Positions 9,096 to 18,700 of a DNA stretch of 42,898 nt are shown here, in pieces (the first letter of the stretch is position 1; each line of letters opens with the position of its first letter). The position numbers were made by a program, and so were the translations under genes. The stretch is from Myxococcota bacterium. GTDB taxonomy: Bacteria > Myxococcota_A > UBA9042 > PHBI01 > JAWLBL01. Under the pieces are notes generated by a model that worked only from the letters and a program-made list of their open reading frames with translations, made no database searches and was not told the origin of the DNA. Where the stretch lies: the NCBI GenBank assembly GCA_041687695.1, contig JAWLBL010000043.1, positions 1-42,898 of the forward strand. Reading direction: 5' to 3'.

Positions 9096-9339
9096 GGCGG
9101 CGCACCTTCGCGCGCCGCCGGCTGTGATGCAACCTTCCGCAACCCGTCCCTCACGCGCCCGACGCCTCACATCGAACCCGCTTCAACGCCCTGCCGCTCG
9201 TCGCATTTCCCACGCGGCGTCTTTCGGGCGGGTCAATCGTCCACCGCCCCTCCACTTTCGGCTGGCCCGTCGCGCCGCCCGCGGACTACGGTGTGCGGTG
9301 CTATCGCCAAACCCGGCCAACCCCGCAAGGATCCCAGCG

Positions 9340-10569
9340 ATGAATCGGATGATCTCCCCGGCCCTGCTCGCCGCGCTGCTCGCGGCCGGCGCGCTCGTCG
9401 CCTGCGACGACTCCGGCGACAACGGCTCCAACGGCCCACCGAGCACGACCTTCACGCCCGACTCGACCCTCACGGCCGGCACGGGTAAGGCCAGCTACAC
9501 CCTCCCCGACGTCTGCACCGCCTTCGCCCGCGTCATGTGCTTCCAGGACGCGGTCTGCGAGTACGGTGAGTCGACGCTGCCCAGCGCCTGCCTTCAGGCC
9601 CACGAGGCCGTCTGCGACGAGGCGATCCTCCCCAGCGTCCAACAGGCCATCGCCGCCGGCGAGGCCGTCTTCGACGGGCAGCTCGCCGCCAAGTGCTACA
9701 ACGGCCTGAAGGTGACCTGCGGGGGCGTCGACAACCCGAACCAAGCGGAATGCTTCGCCATGCTGAAGGGGCAGGTCGCCCTGGGCGAGCCCTGCGCCAC
9801 CGAGCACGCCTGCGGCCCCGCCGGGTACTGCTCGGCCCCCGGCGGCCAGTGCCCGGGCACCTGCACCGCCTACTCGCAGGTGGGCGGCCCGTGCAGCTGG
9901 TCCGGCGCCGGTCCGCGCTGCGCGCCGGGCCTGCAGTGCGAGCAGGAGGTGTGCATGAAGCAGGCCACAGACGCCCCCATCGGCCAGCCCTGCCCGGGGT
10001 ACGACGACTGCGTCGAGGGCGCCTATTGCGACAGCGACTCCGGCCTGTGCGCGGCCAAGCTCGCCGAAGGGGCGCCTTGCAACGAGTACGACGCGTGCGG
10101 CGAGGGCCTGTATTGCAGCGCCTTGGGCGGTTCCGGCGCCTCCTGCGTCAAGCACATCGCGCAGGGCCAGCCGTGCTCGTTCGGGGACGTCTGCGCCAAG
10201 GGCCTGTCCTGCTCGTGCCCCGATGGCTCGCTGGACTGCGAGGCCACCGCCTCGCTCTGCCGGCCGCTGCTCGGCCCCGGTGACCCCTGCAACCCCGCCG
10301 CCCAGGAGCCCTGTGGCTGGGGCCCGCTCCTGTGCCGCCTCTCCGACGCCACCTGCCAGCTCCCGCCCCTGGTCGGCGAGCCCTGCGGCGAGGCGCTCGG
10401 CCTGCCGTACTGCCGCTGGAGCTGGTGCGACGAGGCCGCGGGCGTCTGCAAGGCCCCGCTCGCCGCCGGCGCGCCCTGCGAGGACGACGAGCAGTGCCTG
10501 ACCGACCGCTGCGACGACGGCGTCTGCGTGGCGCCGCCCGTGACCTGCGACAGCTCCGTGTCCTTCTGA
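9340..10569 (+). CDS. Cys-rich lipoprotein (myxobacterial type with GxxC...CxxGLxC repeats)
   Basis: Lipobox LVAC, helical Cys domain (FDGQLAAKC), then repeated GxPC-x5-CxxGxYC units. Paralog of 33257..34492. Confidence 0.85.
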   Translation: MNRMISPALLAALLAAGALVACDDSGDNGSNGPPSTTFTPDSTLTAGTGKASYTLPDVCTAFARVMCFQDAVCEYGESTLPSACLQAHEAVCDEAILPSVQQAIAAGEAVFDGQLAAKCYNGLKVTCGGVDNPNQAECFAMLKGQVALGEPCATEHACGPAGYCSAPGGQCPGTCTAYSQVGGPCSWSGAGPRCAPGLQCEQEVCMKQATDAPIGQPCPGYDDCVEGAYCDSDSGLCAAKLAEGAPCNEYDACGEGLYCSALGGSGASCVKHIAQGQPCSFGDVCAKGLSCSCPDGSLDCEATASLCRPLLGPGDPCNPAAQEPCGWGPLLCRLSDATCQLPPLVGEPCGEALGLPYCRWSWCDEAAGVCKAPLAAGAPCEDDEQCLTDRCDDGVCVAPPVTCDSSVSF

Positions 10570-10582
10570 TCCCGTCGGCCGC

Positions 10583-11473
10583 CTAAGCTGGCGTTCCCGT
10601 CGCACGCAGGAACGCCAGCACCTGCTCGCACACGAGCCCGGGCGCCTCCCGGTGCGGGAAGTGCCCGGCCCCCTCGGCCACCGCCACCTCGTACGGCCCC
10701 GTGAAGCGCCGCGCCGCCCGCGCGTAGGCCTCGATCAACACCGACGGCTCGGCCCCCCCGGTGATCGCCAACGTCGGCACGCCGATCTTCAGCCGCTGCG
10801 CCTCCTGCAGCGCCTTGCGCCGCGCCGGATCCCGCTGCGCGGCCGCGAACGCCCAGTAGTAGCCGACCGAACCCTCGATCGCCTCGGGGTGTTCGGCGAT
10901 CATCCGCTTGTACGGCGCCGTCTCCTCGGGCCCGAAGGCCCAGGTCGGCGACCACCGCCGATACAGCGTGTCCACGAAGGCCCCGCCGTCCTTGCGCAGC
11001 CTGGCCACCGCCCGCCGCCGCCACTGCAGCCCGACGAAGTGCCGCCCGTACCAGGCCAGGCGCAGGCTGGGCCGCACCGCCGACAGGTGCGGGATCCCCA
11101 GCGCCACCAGCTGCGTCACCCGCTCGGGGTGACGCGCCGCCGCCAGATACCCCGCCGCCGCCCCCCAGTCGTGCCCGACGACCACCGCCCGCTCGGCCCC
11201 CAGCGCGTCCAGCAGCGCCGGCACGTCCGCGGCCAACGCCATCAACCCGTAGTCGCCGTCCGGCGCCATCGCCGTCGGCGCGTACCCCCGCATGAACGGC
11301 GCCACCGCCCGATACCCCGCCCCCGCCAGCGCCTCCATCAGCGGCTCGAAGGTGTGCGGCGTCTCGGGAAACCCATGCAGCAGCAGCGCCACCGGCGCCC
11401 CCGCCTCGCCCCGCTCCAGCGCGGCGAAGTCCAACCCGTTGGCGCGCAGGCGCAGCATTGGCTCGGCGGTCAT
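10583..11473 (-). CDS. Alpha/beta hydrolase, epoxide-hydrolase-like
   Basis: HGFP oxyanion motif, RGY, GHDWG nucleophile elbow, GHFPH catalytic His. GGAGG RBS. Confidence 0.9.
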   Translation of the reverse strand: MTAEPMLRLRANGLDFAALERGEAGAPVALLLHGFPETPHTFEPLMEALAGAGYRAVAPFMRGYAPTAMAPDGDYGLMALAADVPALLDALGAERAVVVGHDWGAAAGYLAAARHPERVTQLVALGIPHLSAVRPSLRLAWYGRHFVGLQWRRRAVARLRKDGGAFVDTLYRRWSPTWAFGPEETAPYKRMIAEHPEAIEGSVGYYWAFAAAQRDPARRKALQEAQRLKIGVPTLAITGGAEPSVLIEAYARAARRFTGPYEVAVAEGAGHFPHREAPGLVCEQVLAFLRATGTPA

Positions 11474-11608
11474 CGCGTCCTCCCGTTCGGTGGCCCGCTG
11501 CATACCCCACGCGCCCCCCGCTGACCACCCCGCCCGGCCTGATTGCCCGCCCTGCCCCGGTCCCTAACCTGCTCCGTAACCTCCCCCCGCCTGCCGCGAG
11601 CCCCCCTC

Positions 11609-12658
11609 ATGACCCCCTCCTTCGACCCCGCGACCCTCCGCGCCTGGATCCGCACGCCCCACCTCGACGCCCGCGTCCGCACCCAACCCGCCGTCGCCCG
11701 CGCCCTGGCCCAAGGCCCCCGCCTCGCCGCCCGCGCCTTCGCCCCCGGCTCCCCCGAGGTCGCCCCCACCCTGTCCAGCGACCGCCTCGCCGTCCAACGC
11801 GCCCTGTACGAGCTCAACCGCCTGCGCCTGTACTGGTTCGACGACCCGACCCTGTACGTCAACGAGCGCTCGCGCACCCTCGCCGACCTCCACGCCGCCC
11901 TCGAGGCCCCCTGGCAGTGCTGGCTCGCCTCGCGCACCCCCCGCGGCTGGCCCCGCGACGCCGACCCGCGCGCCGTCGTCCGCGCCTGGCTCGACCGCGA
12001 CCGCACCCCCGCCCCCACCCCCGACGCCCGCTGGCTCGCCGAGCGCATGGGCCTGTCCGGCTACCGCCGCCTGCTCGAGGTCCTCTCGCTCAACGGCCTG
12101 GTCGAGGCCAGCCAGCTCAGCCGCGCCGTCGGCGGCGCCGCCAGCCCGGTCCAGGCCACGCTCTTCCGCATCCTGGTCGAGGAGTACGGCGCCGGCCGCC
12201 CCGCCAAGAAGCACTCGACCTACTACGCCCAGATGATGCGCGACCTCGCTCTGTCCGACACCCCCGAGCGCTACCTCGACCGCACCCCCTGGCAGGTCCT
12301 GGCCGCCGTCAACCACGCCTTCCACCTCTCCGAGAGCAAGCGCCACTACCTGCGCTTCTGCGGCGCCTTCGCCCACACCGAGGCCTCGACCCCGGCCAGC
12401 TTCCACGCCTACGCCGCCGCCGCCGTCCGCCTGGGCCTGTCCGACGGCCGCCGCGACTACTGGTCGGTCCACATCCGAGAGGACGCCCGCCACGGCGCCT
12501 GGATGATCGAGCAGGCGCTGGTGCCCCTGTTCGACCAGTTCCCCGACCGCGCCGCCGAGGTCCTCTTCGGCTACGCCCAGCAGCGCGAGGTCGAGCGCAT
12601 GGCCGGCGCCGCCACCCTGGCCGCCTGCCGCCTGGCCGACCGCGAGGAGCACGCATGA
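11609..12658 (+). CDS. Heme-oxygenase-like diiron oxidase (iron-containing redox enzyme family)
   Basis: ILVEEYGAG-x4-KH, AHTE and HIREDARH match the E-H / E / HxxxDxxH ligand pattern of HDO enzymes. Confidence 0.8.
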   Translation: MTPSFDPATLRAWIRTPHLDARVRTQPAVARALAQGPRLAARAFAPGSPEVAPTLSSDRLAVQRALYELNRLRLYWFDDPTLYVNERSRTLADLHAALEAPWQCWLASRTPRGWPRDADPRAVVRAWLDRDRTPAPTPDARWLAERMGLSGYRRLLEVLSLNGLVEASQLSRAVGGAASPVQATLFRILVEEYGAGRPAKKHSTYYAQMMRDLALSDTPERYLDRTPWQVLAAVNHAFHLSESKRHYLRFCGAFAHTEASTPASFHAYAAAAVRLGLSDGRRDYWSVHIREDARHGAWMIEQALVPLFDQFPDRAAEVLFGYAQQREVERMAGAATLAACRLADREEHA

Positions 12659-13512
12659 AGCCGGTCGCCCTGCCCCCGCCGCCACGCCTCGAGCCCGCCG
12701 CCCCGCGCCCGCTCCGCGAGGATCGCGCCGCCGAGCCCGCCGCCGCCCCCCTCGACGCCCCGCTCGACGACCCCGCCGACACCGCCGCCTTCGCCGAGCT
12801 GGTCCACGCCGCGGTCGCCGACCTGCGCCCCTGCACCGTCCTCGACGTCGGCTGCGGCTCCGGCCTGCCCACCCTGACCGCCGCCCGCGCCGGCGCCCTG
12901 CGCGTCTTCGGCGTCGACCCCTTGCCCGACAACGTCGCCCGCGCCCGCGCCGCCTTCCTGCGCGCCAGCCTGGCCCACCGGGTCACCGCCCACCGCGGCA
13001 CCTGGGACGACCTCCGCACCGGCCGCCTGCCGGTCACGGCGGTCGACCTCGTGGTCAGCAACCCGCCCTACGTCCCCGGCGGCGTCGGCCTGGCGGTCGA
13101 CGGCGGCCCCACCGGCACGGCCATCGCCGACGCCCTCGTCGACCACCTCCCCTTCGACACGCCGGCCCTCGCCCTCCTCGTCGGCTCCATCACCGACCCG
13201 CTGGCCCTCCTGCACCGCCTGGCCGCCCGCGATCTCACCGTGACCCGCGCCCTGGTGCGCCCCCTCCCCTTCGGCCGCTACACGTCTCGCCCGTCGACCC
13301 TGGCCACCCTGCGCCGCCTGCGCCGCGCCGGCCGCGCCTTCTTCTGCGACCTGCCCGGCCCCTCGCCCCACGCCTACCTCACCCTGGGCCTCGTCGCCCA
13401 GCGCGGCGCCGCGCCGACCGGCGTCCCCGAGGCCCTGACCCGGCTCCTCGCCGCCTTCCAGCACGCCGGCCCCTCCCTGTTCGGCGCCGCCGCCTCCGCG
13501 TCCCTGCCCTGA
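12655..13512 (+). CDS. Class I SAM-dependent methyltransferase, HemK-like (NPPY)
   Basis: VLDVGCGSG motif I, DLVVSNPPYVP, DGGPTG. ATGA overlap with the upstream oxidase. Confidence 0.85.
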   Translation: MKPVALPPPPRLEPAAPRPLREDRAAEPAAAPLDAPLDDPADTAAFAELVHAAVADLRPCTVLDVGCGSGLPTLTAARAGALRVFGVDPLPDNVARARAAFLRASLAHRVTAHRGTWDDLRTGRLPVTAVDLVVSNPPYVPGGVGLAVDGGPTGTAIADALVDHLPFDTPALALLVGSITDPLALLHRLAARDLTVTRALVRPLPFGRYTSRPSTLATLRRLRRAGRAFFCDLPGPSPHAYLTLGLVAQRGAAPTGVPEALTRLLAAFQHAGPSLFGAAASASLP

Positions 13513-13742
13513 GGCGGAAGCTGGCCCCCCGGGCCCCGAGGCCGCGCTGTCATGCGCTGTAATACCTGTCACTGCAGGGCCTTGCGCTCGCCCTGAGCGG
13601 GTCGGACGCGATCTCTCCCCGGGTGCCGTTGACGCCCGTGGCGACGCCGTGCTTTGGTGCGATCTGGTGCCCTCTCAGGTGCGCCGCTCGTCCAATCACA
13701 AAGGTTTCGTCAGGGCGTTCACCGCCAATGGGAGAAGTGTAC

Positions 13743-15188
13743 ATGCGTGTCGTTCGCGTCATTCTGGGCGTCCTGGGCGCCGTCGCCCTCGCCTCGCCGG
13801 CCTCGGCCAACAAGGAGCACGCAGCCCTCGAGCAGTGCAACAAGTGGAATCAATACGACGAATTCGGACACGGCAACGGCCTCAAGCCGGAAACGCCGAT
13901 GCACAAGCTGTGCAAGGTCGAGTGCAAGGACGGTGACGTCCTGACCTGCGACGCCGGCGTCGCTGCGCTGCAGGGCGGCGTGGACGACGAGCGCAAGAGC
14001 CTGGTGCGCGACATGATGTTCGCGGCGGGTGGCAAGAACATCCTGGACCTGTGCGTGAACAACACGTGCGGGTTCAAGAACGTGTTCCTGGCCAGCGTGA
14101 TGTTCGGGCTCGACGACGCCAAGGACCAGCTGATCGGCTTCATCGACAGCGACGAGAAGATGACCAAGCTGGCCTGCGCCGCCAAGGGCGACGTGGTCCG
14201 CGCGCTGTGGTACCTGGGCGACCGCTCGGCGCTGCCGGCCATCATCGCCAGCTTCGACAACCTCAAGTGCACGCAGCACCACGCCAAGAACATGCTGCAC
14301 ACCATGCACCTGTGGAGCCCGTCGCCCGAGCAGGTCAGCCACGTCGAGAGCTACTGCGTCGACAAGATCTTCGGCGACAAGCTCAAGAACGCCAAGGAGG
14401 CGACCGACGGCTGCTATCGCTTCCTCGGCAGCGTCGCCTCCAAGCACGAGGACGCCCTCGAGTACGTGCGGCAGGGCTCGGCGAGCAGCCGCGAGGCGCT
14501 GCGGGCCCTGGCCCTCATCGACGCCAAGGGCAGCAAGAAGGACTTCGCCCAGCGCCTCGCCAAGGAGAAGAAGGAGCGCAAGGTCAAGGTCAACAAGAAG
14601 GACAAGGTCGTCGTCACCTACCGCGGCATGAACGAGGCGGTCACCAGCGCCTTCGCCCTGGGCTACGGCGACAAGGAGGCCAAGGCCGCCTTCGCGTGGT
14701 GGCTGGGCTACGACGCCGACCGCAAGGCGCTCAACGACCCGAACGGCTGGGACGAGGTCTTCTTCGGCGCGCCCTTCTTCCCGGTCGACGCCAAGCTGCT
14801 CAAGGAGCTGGAGAAGGCCTTCCAGACGGTCGCCAAGGCCGCCGGCGAAAAGCCCGAGCTCGAGACCTACGCCGTCCGCGCGGCCATCGGCCTGACCCAG
14901 CTGGGCAGCGCCAAGGGGCTCGACCTCATCATGGAGAGCCTCAAGGGCAATGACGCCGACCAGCACAAGGAGATCCTCGAGGGCCTCGGCGGCGTCAAGC
15001 ACTACTACGGCAGCCTGCGCTGGGGCACCGGCGGCGCGAAGATCGGCGGCAAGGACGGCCTGAAGAAGGCCGACGCCGAGAAGCTCGTCGCGCACATCCT
15101 GAAGCGCATGAAGTTCTTGAAGCACAAGGACATCGCGTCCCTGGCCGTGCTCGATCTCCGCGCCCGCATCAAGGCCGCCGGGATCTGA
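13743..15188 (+). CDS. Secreted hypothetical protein, probably alpha-solenoid (HEAT-like)
   Basis: Signal peptide ending ASA, Lys-rich, strong codon bias, helical motifs such as VVRALWYLGDRSALPAI and AAIGLTQLG. Confidence 0.75.
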   Translation: MRVVRVILGVLGAVALASPASANKEHAALEQCNKWNQYDEFGHGNGLKPETPMHKLCKVECKDGDVLTCDAGVAALQGGVDDERKSLVRDMMFAAGGKNILDLCVNNTCGFKNVFLASVMFGLDDAKDQLIGFIDSDEKMTKLACAAKGDVVRALWYLGDRSALPAIIASFDNLKCTQHHAKNMLHTMHLWSPSPEQVSHVESYCVDKIFGDKLKNAKEATDGCYRFLGSVASKHEDALEYVRQGSASSREALRALALIDAKGSKKDFAQRLAKEKKERKVKVNKKDKVVVTYRGMNEAVTSAFALGYGDKEAKAAFAWWLGYDADRKALNDPNGWDEVFFGAPFFPVDAKLLKELEKAFQTVAKAAGEKPELETYAVRAAIGLTQLGSAKGLDLIMESLKGNDADQHKEILEGLGGVKHYYGSLRWGTGGAKIGGKDGLKKADAEKLVAHILKRMKFLKHKDIASLAVLDLRARIKAAGI

Positions 15189-15392
15189 TCCCTGCCCGCC
15201 CTCAGGCGACACCGCGGCCGCCCCGGGCGCGGTGAACGGGCCGGACGCCTCCCCCGGGGCGTCCGGCCCGGTCGCACGTTCTGGCGGCCCTCAGGCGCTG
15301 GCGGGCACGCCGGCGGCGCCGCTCTGGGCTCCCCCGGTCGCCTGGACCTGGTCGGGTAGACCCCCGCGGTCCCTTCCGTTAGGGTCGCCGGC

Positions 15393-16688
15393 ATGAACCG
15401 CTTGCTCCTGTCGACCCTGCTCGTCCTCGCCACCTCCGCCGCGGCGGCCCAGACCCCGCCGGACCAGGCGCCACCGGCCCCGCCCGACGAGGCTCCGGCC
15501 CCGACCGAAGCGGCTCCTGCCCCGGCCGCGCCGGTCCGGTCCGAGGTGTTCCGCAAGGGGACCGGCCAGGTCGTGGTCCACTCGGTCGAGCCCGCGGCCG
15601 GCAGCGTCCGCGCCAAGTGCACGCAGAGCGGCGAGTGGTCCGGGCCGGCCCCGACCTTCGTCTTCCCGGACGAGCCGGCGCTGGTCATCGACTTCGAGCG
15701 CCCGACCGGGAACGTGAAGATCGGCTACACCATCGCCGGCAAGGGCGCCGTCGCGCACCACGTCACCTTCCGCAGCGGCAAGACCGGCTGCTGGCTGCTC
15801 GACGACGACTCGGCGCGCAACTTCGGCGCCTCGCGCCTGGGCGACGGCCTCACGCTCGAGGGCCCCTACGAGCTGCGCGTCGGCTTCATCGAGGGCAAGC
15901 CGCGTCCGCGGGTGACGGTGGTCGTGCGCGAGCAGTCGACGCGCGTCGACCCGCTCTCGGTCGTGCTCGACGCCCCGGCCGAGCTGCCCTTCGACCAGCG
16001 CCTGATCGATCGGTATGTGCCACTGTTCAACCTGGGCTACAGCCAGGCCGAGGATCTGAGCCTGATGTTCGCCAAGGCCTCGCCGTCGCTGCGGGTCTTT
16101 GCCAAGTACGACTTCGACGCGGACGTCGTCACGCCGCTGTTCATGAAGGAGCTGTACGGGCAGGCCGCCAAGGACTACCTGGCCCAGCTGGCCTACCCGC
16201 GAAAGGACGAGCCGCTGCTGATGGGCGACGACAACAAGGGCCGCTTCGTCGTCACCGCGGACGGGCTGCGCTTTCGGCTCAAGTCGCGCAGCGCGCTCGT
16301 GGCGGCGCCCACCGGCGCGCCCGTGTTCCCGACGACCATGCGCAACGTCGACATCGACCTCGGCAAGGGCGCCCGCCACGCCTCCGCGGCCCTGGTCGCC
16401 AAGGTCGAAAAGCACCGCGCCCGCGCCGACAAGGCCGAGACCTGCTGGCGAAAGACCGTCAAGGACCTGGGCGGCTTCCTCGACCGTGGCGTGAAGATGT
16501 ACGAGGTGACCTACCGCAACGGCCGGGTGGCCAAGGTCGAGGACTACGGCCACAAGGCCGCCCGCAAGGCCTCCGCCAAGTGCGGCGTCAAGGCGGTCCA
16601 GAAGGCCGAGGAGGCCCTGCTCGGCGCGCTCATCAAGGAGTACGTCGCCCGCGGCCAGGAGCGCCTGCGCGCGCTGGCCCAGCAATAG
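15393..16688 (+). CDS. Secreted hypothetical protein
   Basis: Signal peptide ending AAA-Q, Pro/Ala linker, coding-like codon usage. No family recognised. Confidence 0.75.
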   Translation: MNRLLLSTLLVLATSAAAAQTPPDQAPPAPPDEAPAPTEAAPAPAAPVRSEVFRKGTGQVVVHSVEPAAGSVRAKCTQSGEWSGPAPTFVFPDEPALVIDFERPTGNVKIGYTIAGKGAVAHHVTFRSGKTGCWLLDDDSARNFGASRLGDGLTLEGPYELRVGFIEGKPRPRVTVVVREQSTRVDPLSVVLDAPAELPFDQRLIDRYVPLFNLGYSQAEDLSLMFAKASPSLRVFAKYDFDADVVTPLFMKELYGQAAKDYLAQLAYPRKDEPLLMGDDNKGRFVVTADGLRFRLKSRSALVAAPTGAPVFPTTMRNVDIDLGKGARHASAALVAKVEKHRARADKAETCWRKTVKDLGGFLDRGVKMYEVTYRNGRVAKVEDYGHKAARKASAKCGVKAVQKAEEALLGALIKEYVARGQERLRALAQQ

Positions 16689-16751
16689 GCCGCAGCCCGC
16701 TCGTCCCAGGCGCGGCCCACGTCCCACGTCCGCGCCCGGGGCGGCGACTCC

Positions 16752-17606
16752 TCAGCGCGCCTCCCGAGCCGCGTTCCGCTTGGCCACCGCCGCCCTGTGC
16801 TCCTTCGAGACCTTGCCCAGCTTGCTCTGGGCCGCACCGAGCGCCTTGTCGAAGTCGGGCCAGGGGCCGACGTGCCGCGCGAAGTCTCGCAGCGCGTCCA
16901 GCTCGTCCTTGGCCCAGTCGTGGGTCGCGTTCGGGCGGGCTCGGCGTTTGTTGGCCCAGTCCCGCAGCTTGGCCACCGCGCTCTTCTTGAGCGCCGCGTC
17001 ATCCAGATCGGCGGCCTCCTGGAGGTCGCGCAAGACGACCTCGAACAGGAGGTGCTGCCCGTCGACCTCGACGTCGGCGTCGACGGGCTTCGGCTTGCCC
17101 TTGGCCTTACCCGCGGAGGGCGCCTCCTCCTTGGGCTCGGCGCTGGCCGCCGCCACCGCCGCCGTCCCCATCGCCGCCTGCGAGTGCCCGCTGACCTGCT
17201 CGCTCGTGGCGCCGTCGAAGTAGGCCTTGCAGCGCCACTCGTAGACCTCGGTCACCTTCCCGAGCAGCCCCCCGAGGGCGACGGGCATCCCCTTGGTCAC
17301 CCCTTGCGCCTTCCCCTTGGTCAAGACCACCGAGACGCTCCTGTCGCCCGGGTGGATGGAGACGACCGACGCCGAGGTCGGCGGCGCGGGCGGAGCCTTG
17401 GACTCGGAGTTCGCCTTCAACTGCAGGGCCGGCGCGGCGCCGTGGGTCGCGAGCATGGCCGCCCCTTCGCCATAGCTGGCCTCTCGCAGCGCAGGGCGCA
17501 TGGCGTCCAGCCGCCCGCCGCCGCTCGCCCCGCCCGATCCCGATCGGCCCTCTTCCTTGGCCCCGGCCCCGGCCGGCCGCGCCACCTTCGTGATGTCGTC
17601 GCTCAT
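16752..17606 (-). CDS. Hypothetical protein with a small FlgT-C/MreC-like beta-barrel
   Basis: ATG with a GGAGGG RBS. Low-complexity N-terminus, central VVLTKGKAQGVTKGM...GKVTEVY segment, helical C-terminus. Confidence 0.65.
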   Translation of the reverse strand: MSDDITKVARPAGAGAKEEGRSGSGGASGGGRLDAMRPALREASYGEGAAMLATHGAAPALQLKANSESKAPPAPPTSASVVSIHPGDRSVSVVLTKGKAQGVTKGMPVALGGLLGKVTEVYEWRCKAYFDGATSEQVSGHSQAAMGTAAVAAASAEPKEEAPSAGKAKGKPKPVDADVEVDGQHLLFEVVLRDLQEAADLDDAALKKSAVAKLRDWANKRRARPNATHDWAKDELDALRDFARHVGPWPDFDKALGAAQSKLGKVSKEHRAAVAKRNAAREAR

Positions 17607-17796
17607 CGGTCCCTCCCCTCCCGGTCCGCGTGGAGCCTGCAACCTACCGCTGACTCGCCCAGGCTGGCAACCGCCCGCGGCGATGGCCACGAGCCGCCTC
17701 GAAACCGGCCCAGCTGCCGTTGACAATGCCGCCCGCTGCGTGGGACGCTGGTCTCGCTTCCACATCGCCCACCCTTCCAACCTCCAGGAGGAGACC

Positions 17797-18615
17797 ATGG
17801 CGCTCCGAGACATGAGCCAGCAGGCCATGATCAGCGTGACCATCGGCTTGACCGATCCCGACAACGACGAGACGCGCGCCCTTCTGGCCGAGCCCTCGCT
17901 GGCCGGCATCGTCCCCCTGGTGATCGATGCGCGCAGTGAGCTGGTCACATTGCAGCCCGAAGTGCCGAGCACCGAGCGGGCGGCCCAGATTCAAATCCAG
18001 CTCGGCGAATTGGACGGCGAATTCGACGAGACCATCCGCGGCGCCTTCTACGTCATGACCGCCTGGTCCCACCTGGTCTCGGCGCCGGCCAAGAAGGAGG
18101 CCTGGCTGCGGCTGCGCGACCACCTCTTCTCGATGGGGCTGTCGCTGACGCTGCGTAGCTACCGCGAGGAGGCCGGCGAGGCCGAGATGATCCAGGCCCG
18201 GCTCAGCCCCGAGGTGCGCGCCGAGCTGGCCGCCATCCCGACCCCCGACGGCACCCTCGCGCAGACCTTCGATCGCGTCGTGGACCTGGGCCTGCGCATC
18301 GGCGCCCTCGAGGACGAGCGCACGCCCGCCGCGGCCACCAGCCCCACCCTCGCCGGTCGGGTGCTGGTCGCCCGCAACCGCTGGATCCGCGCGGTCAACG
18401 CCCTGCTGAGCGTCATCGACATGCTGCAGGTCCCGGCCGACGGCCCCATCGCCCGCTTCCGCGACCGGGTGCAGGCCGAGGCCGCCAAGCGCCGCGCCCC
18501 CGCCAAGGCCTCCCCCGAGGTCGCCGCCCCCTCAGCCGCCGCGCCCGCGGCGCCCTCCGAGCCCGCGGCGGCCGCCGCGCCCGCCGCCCCCTCCGAGCCC
18601 GAGCCGGTCGCCTGA
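17797..18615 (+). CDS. Hypothetical all-helical protein
   Basis: AGGAGGAG RBS before MALRDMSQQAM, TTGACA at 17720, amphipathic helices (YREEAGEA, RNRWIRAVNALL), Pro/Ala tail. Confidence 0.8.
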   Translation: MALRDMSQQAMISVTIGLTDPDNDETRALLAEPSLAGIVPLVIDARSELVTLQPEVPSTERAAQIQIQLGELDGEFDETIRGAFYVMTAWSHLVSAPAKKEAWLRLRDHLFSMGLSLTLRSYREEAGEAEMIQARLSPEVRAELAAIPTPDGTLAQTFDRVVDLGLRIGALEDERTPAAATSPTLAGRVLVARNRWIRAVNALLSVIDMLQVPADGPIARFRDRVQAEAAKRRAPAKASPEVAAPSAAAPAAPSEPAAAAAPAAPSEPEPVA

Positions 18616-18700
18616 CCCGCCCCCGCCGGCCGGGGTTCCCCTCGCGACGCCCCGGCCGGCCCTCGCCCCGCAGCCCGCACCCCGCGCGCCGACCTCCGAC

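Noticed and set aside
12655..13512. DNA adenine methyltransferase or prmC
   Set aside because: NPPY is shared with these, but there is no target-recognition region, nuclease partner, PrmC N-terminal domain or prfA context.
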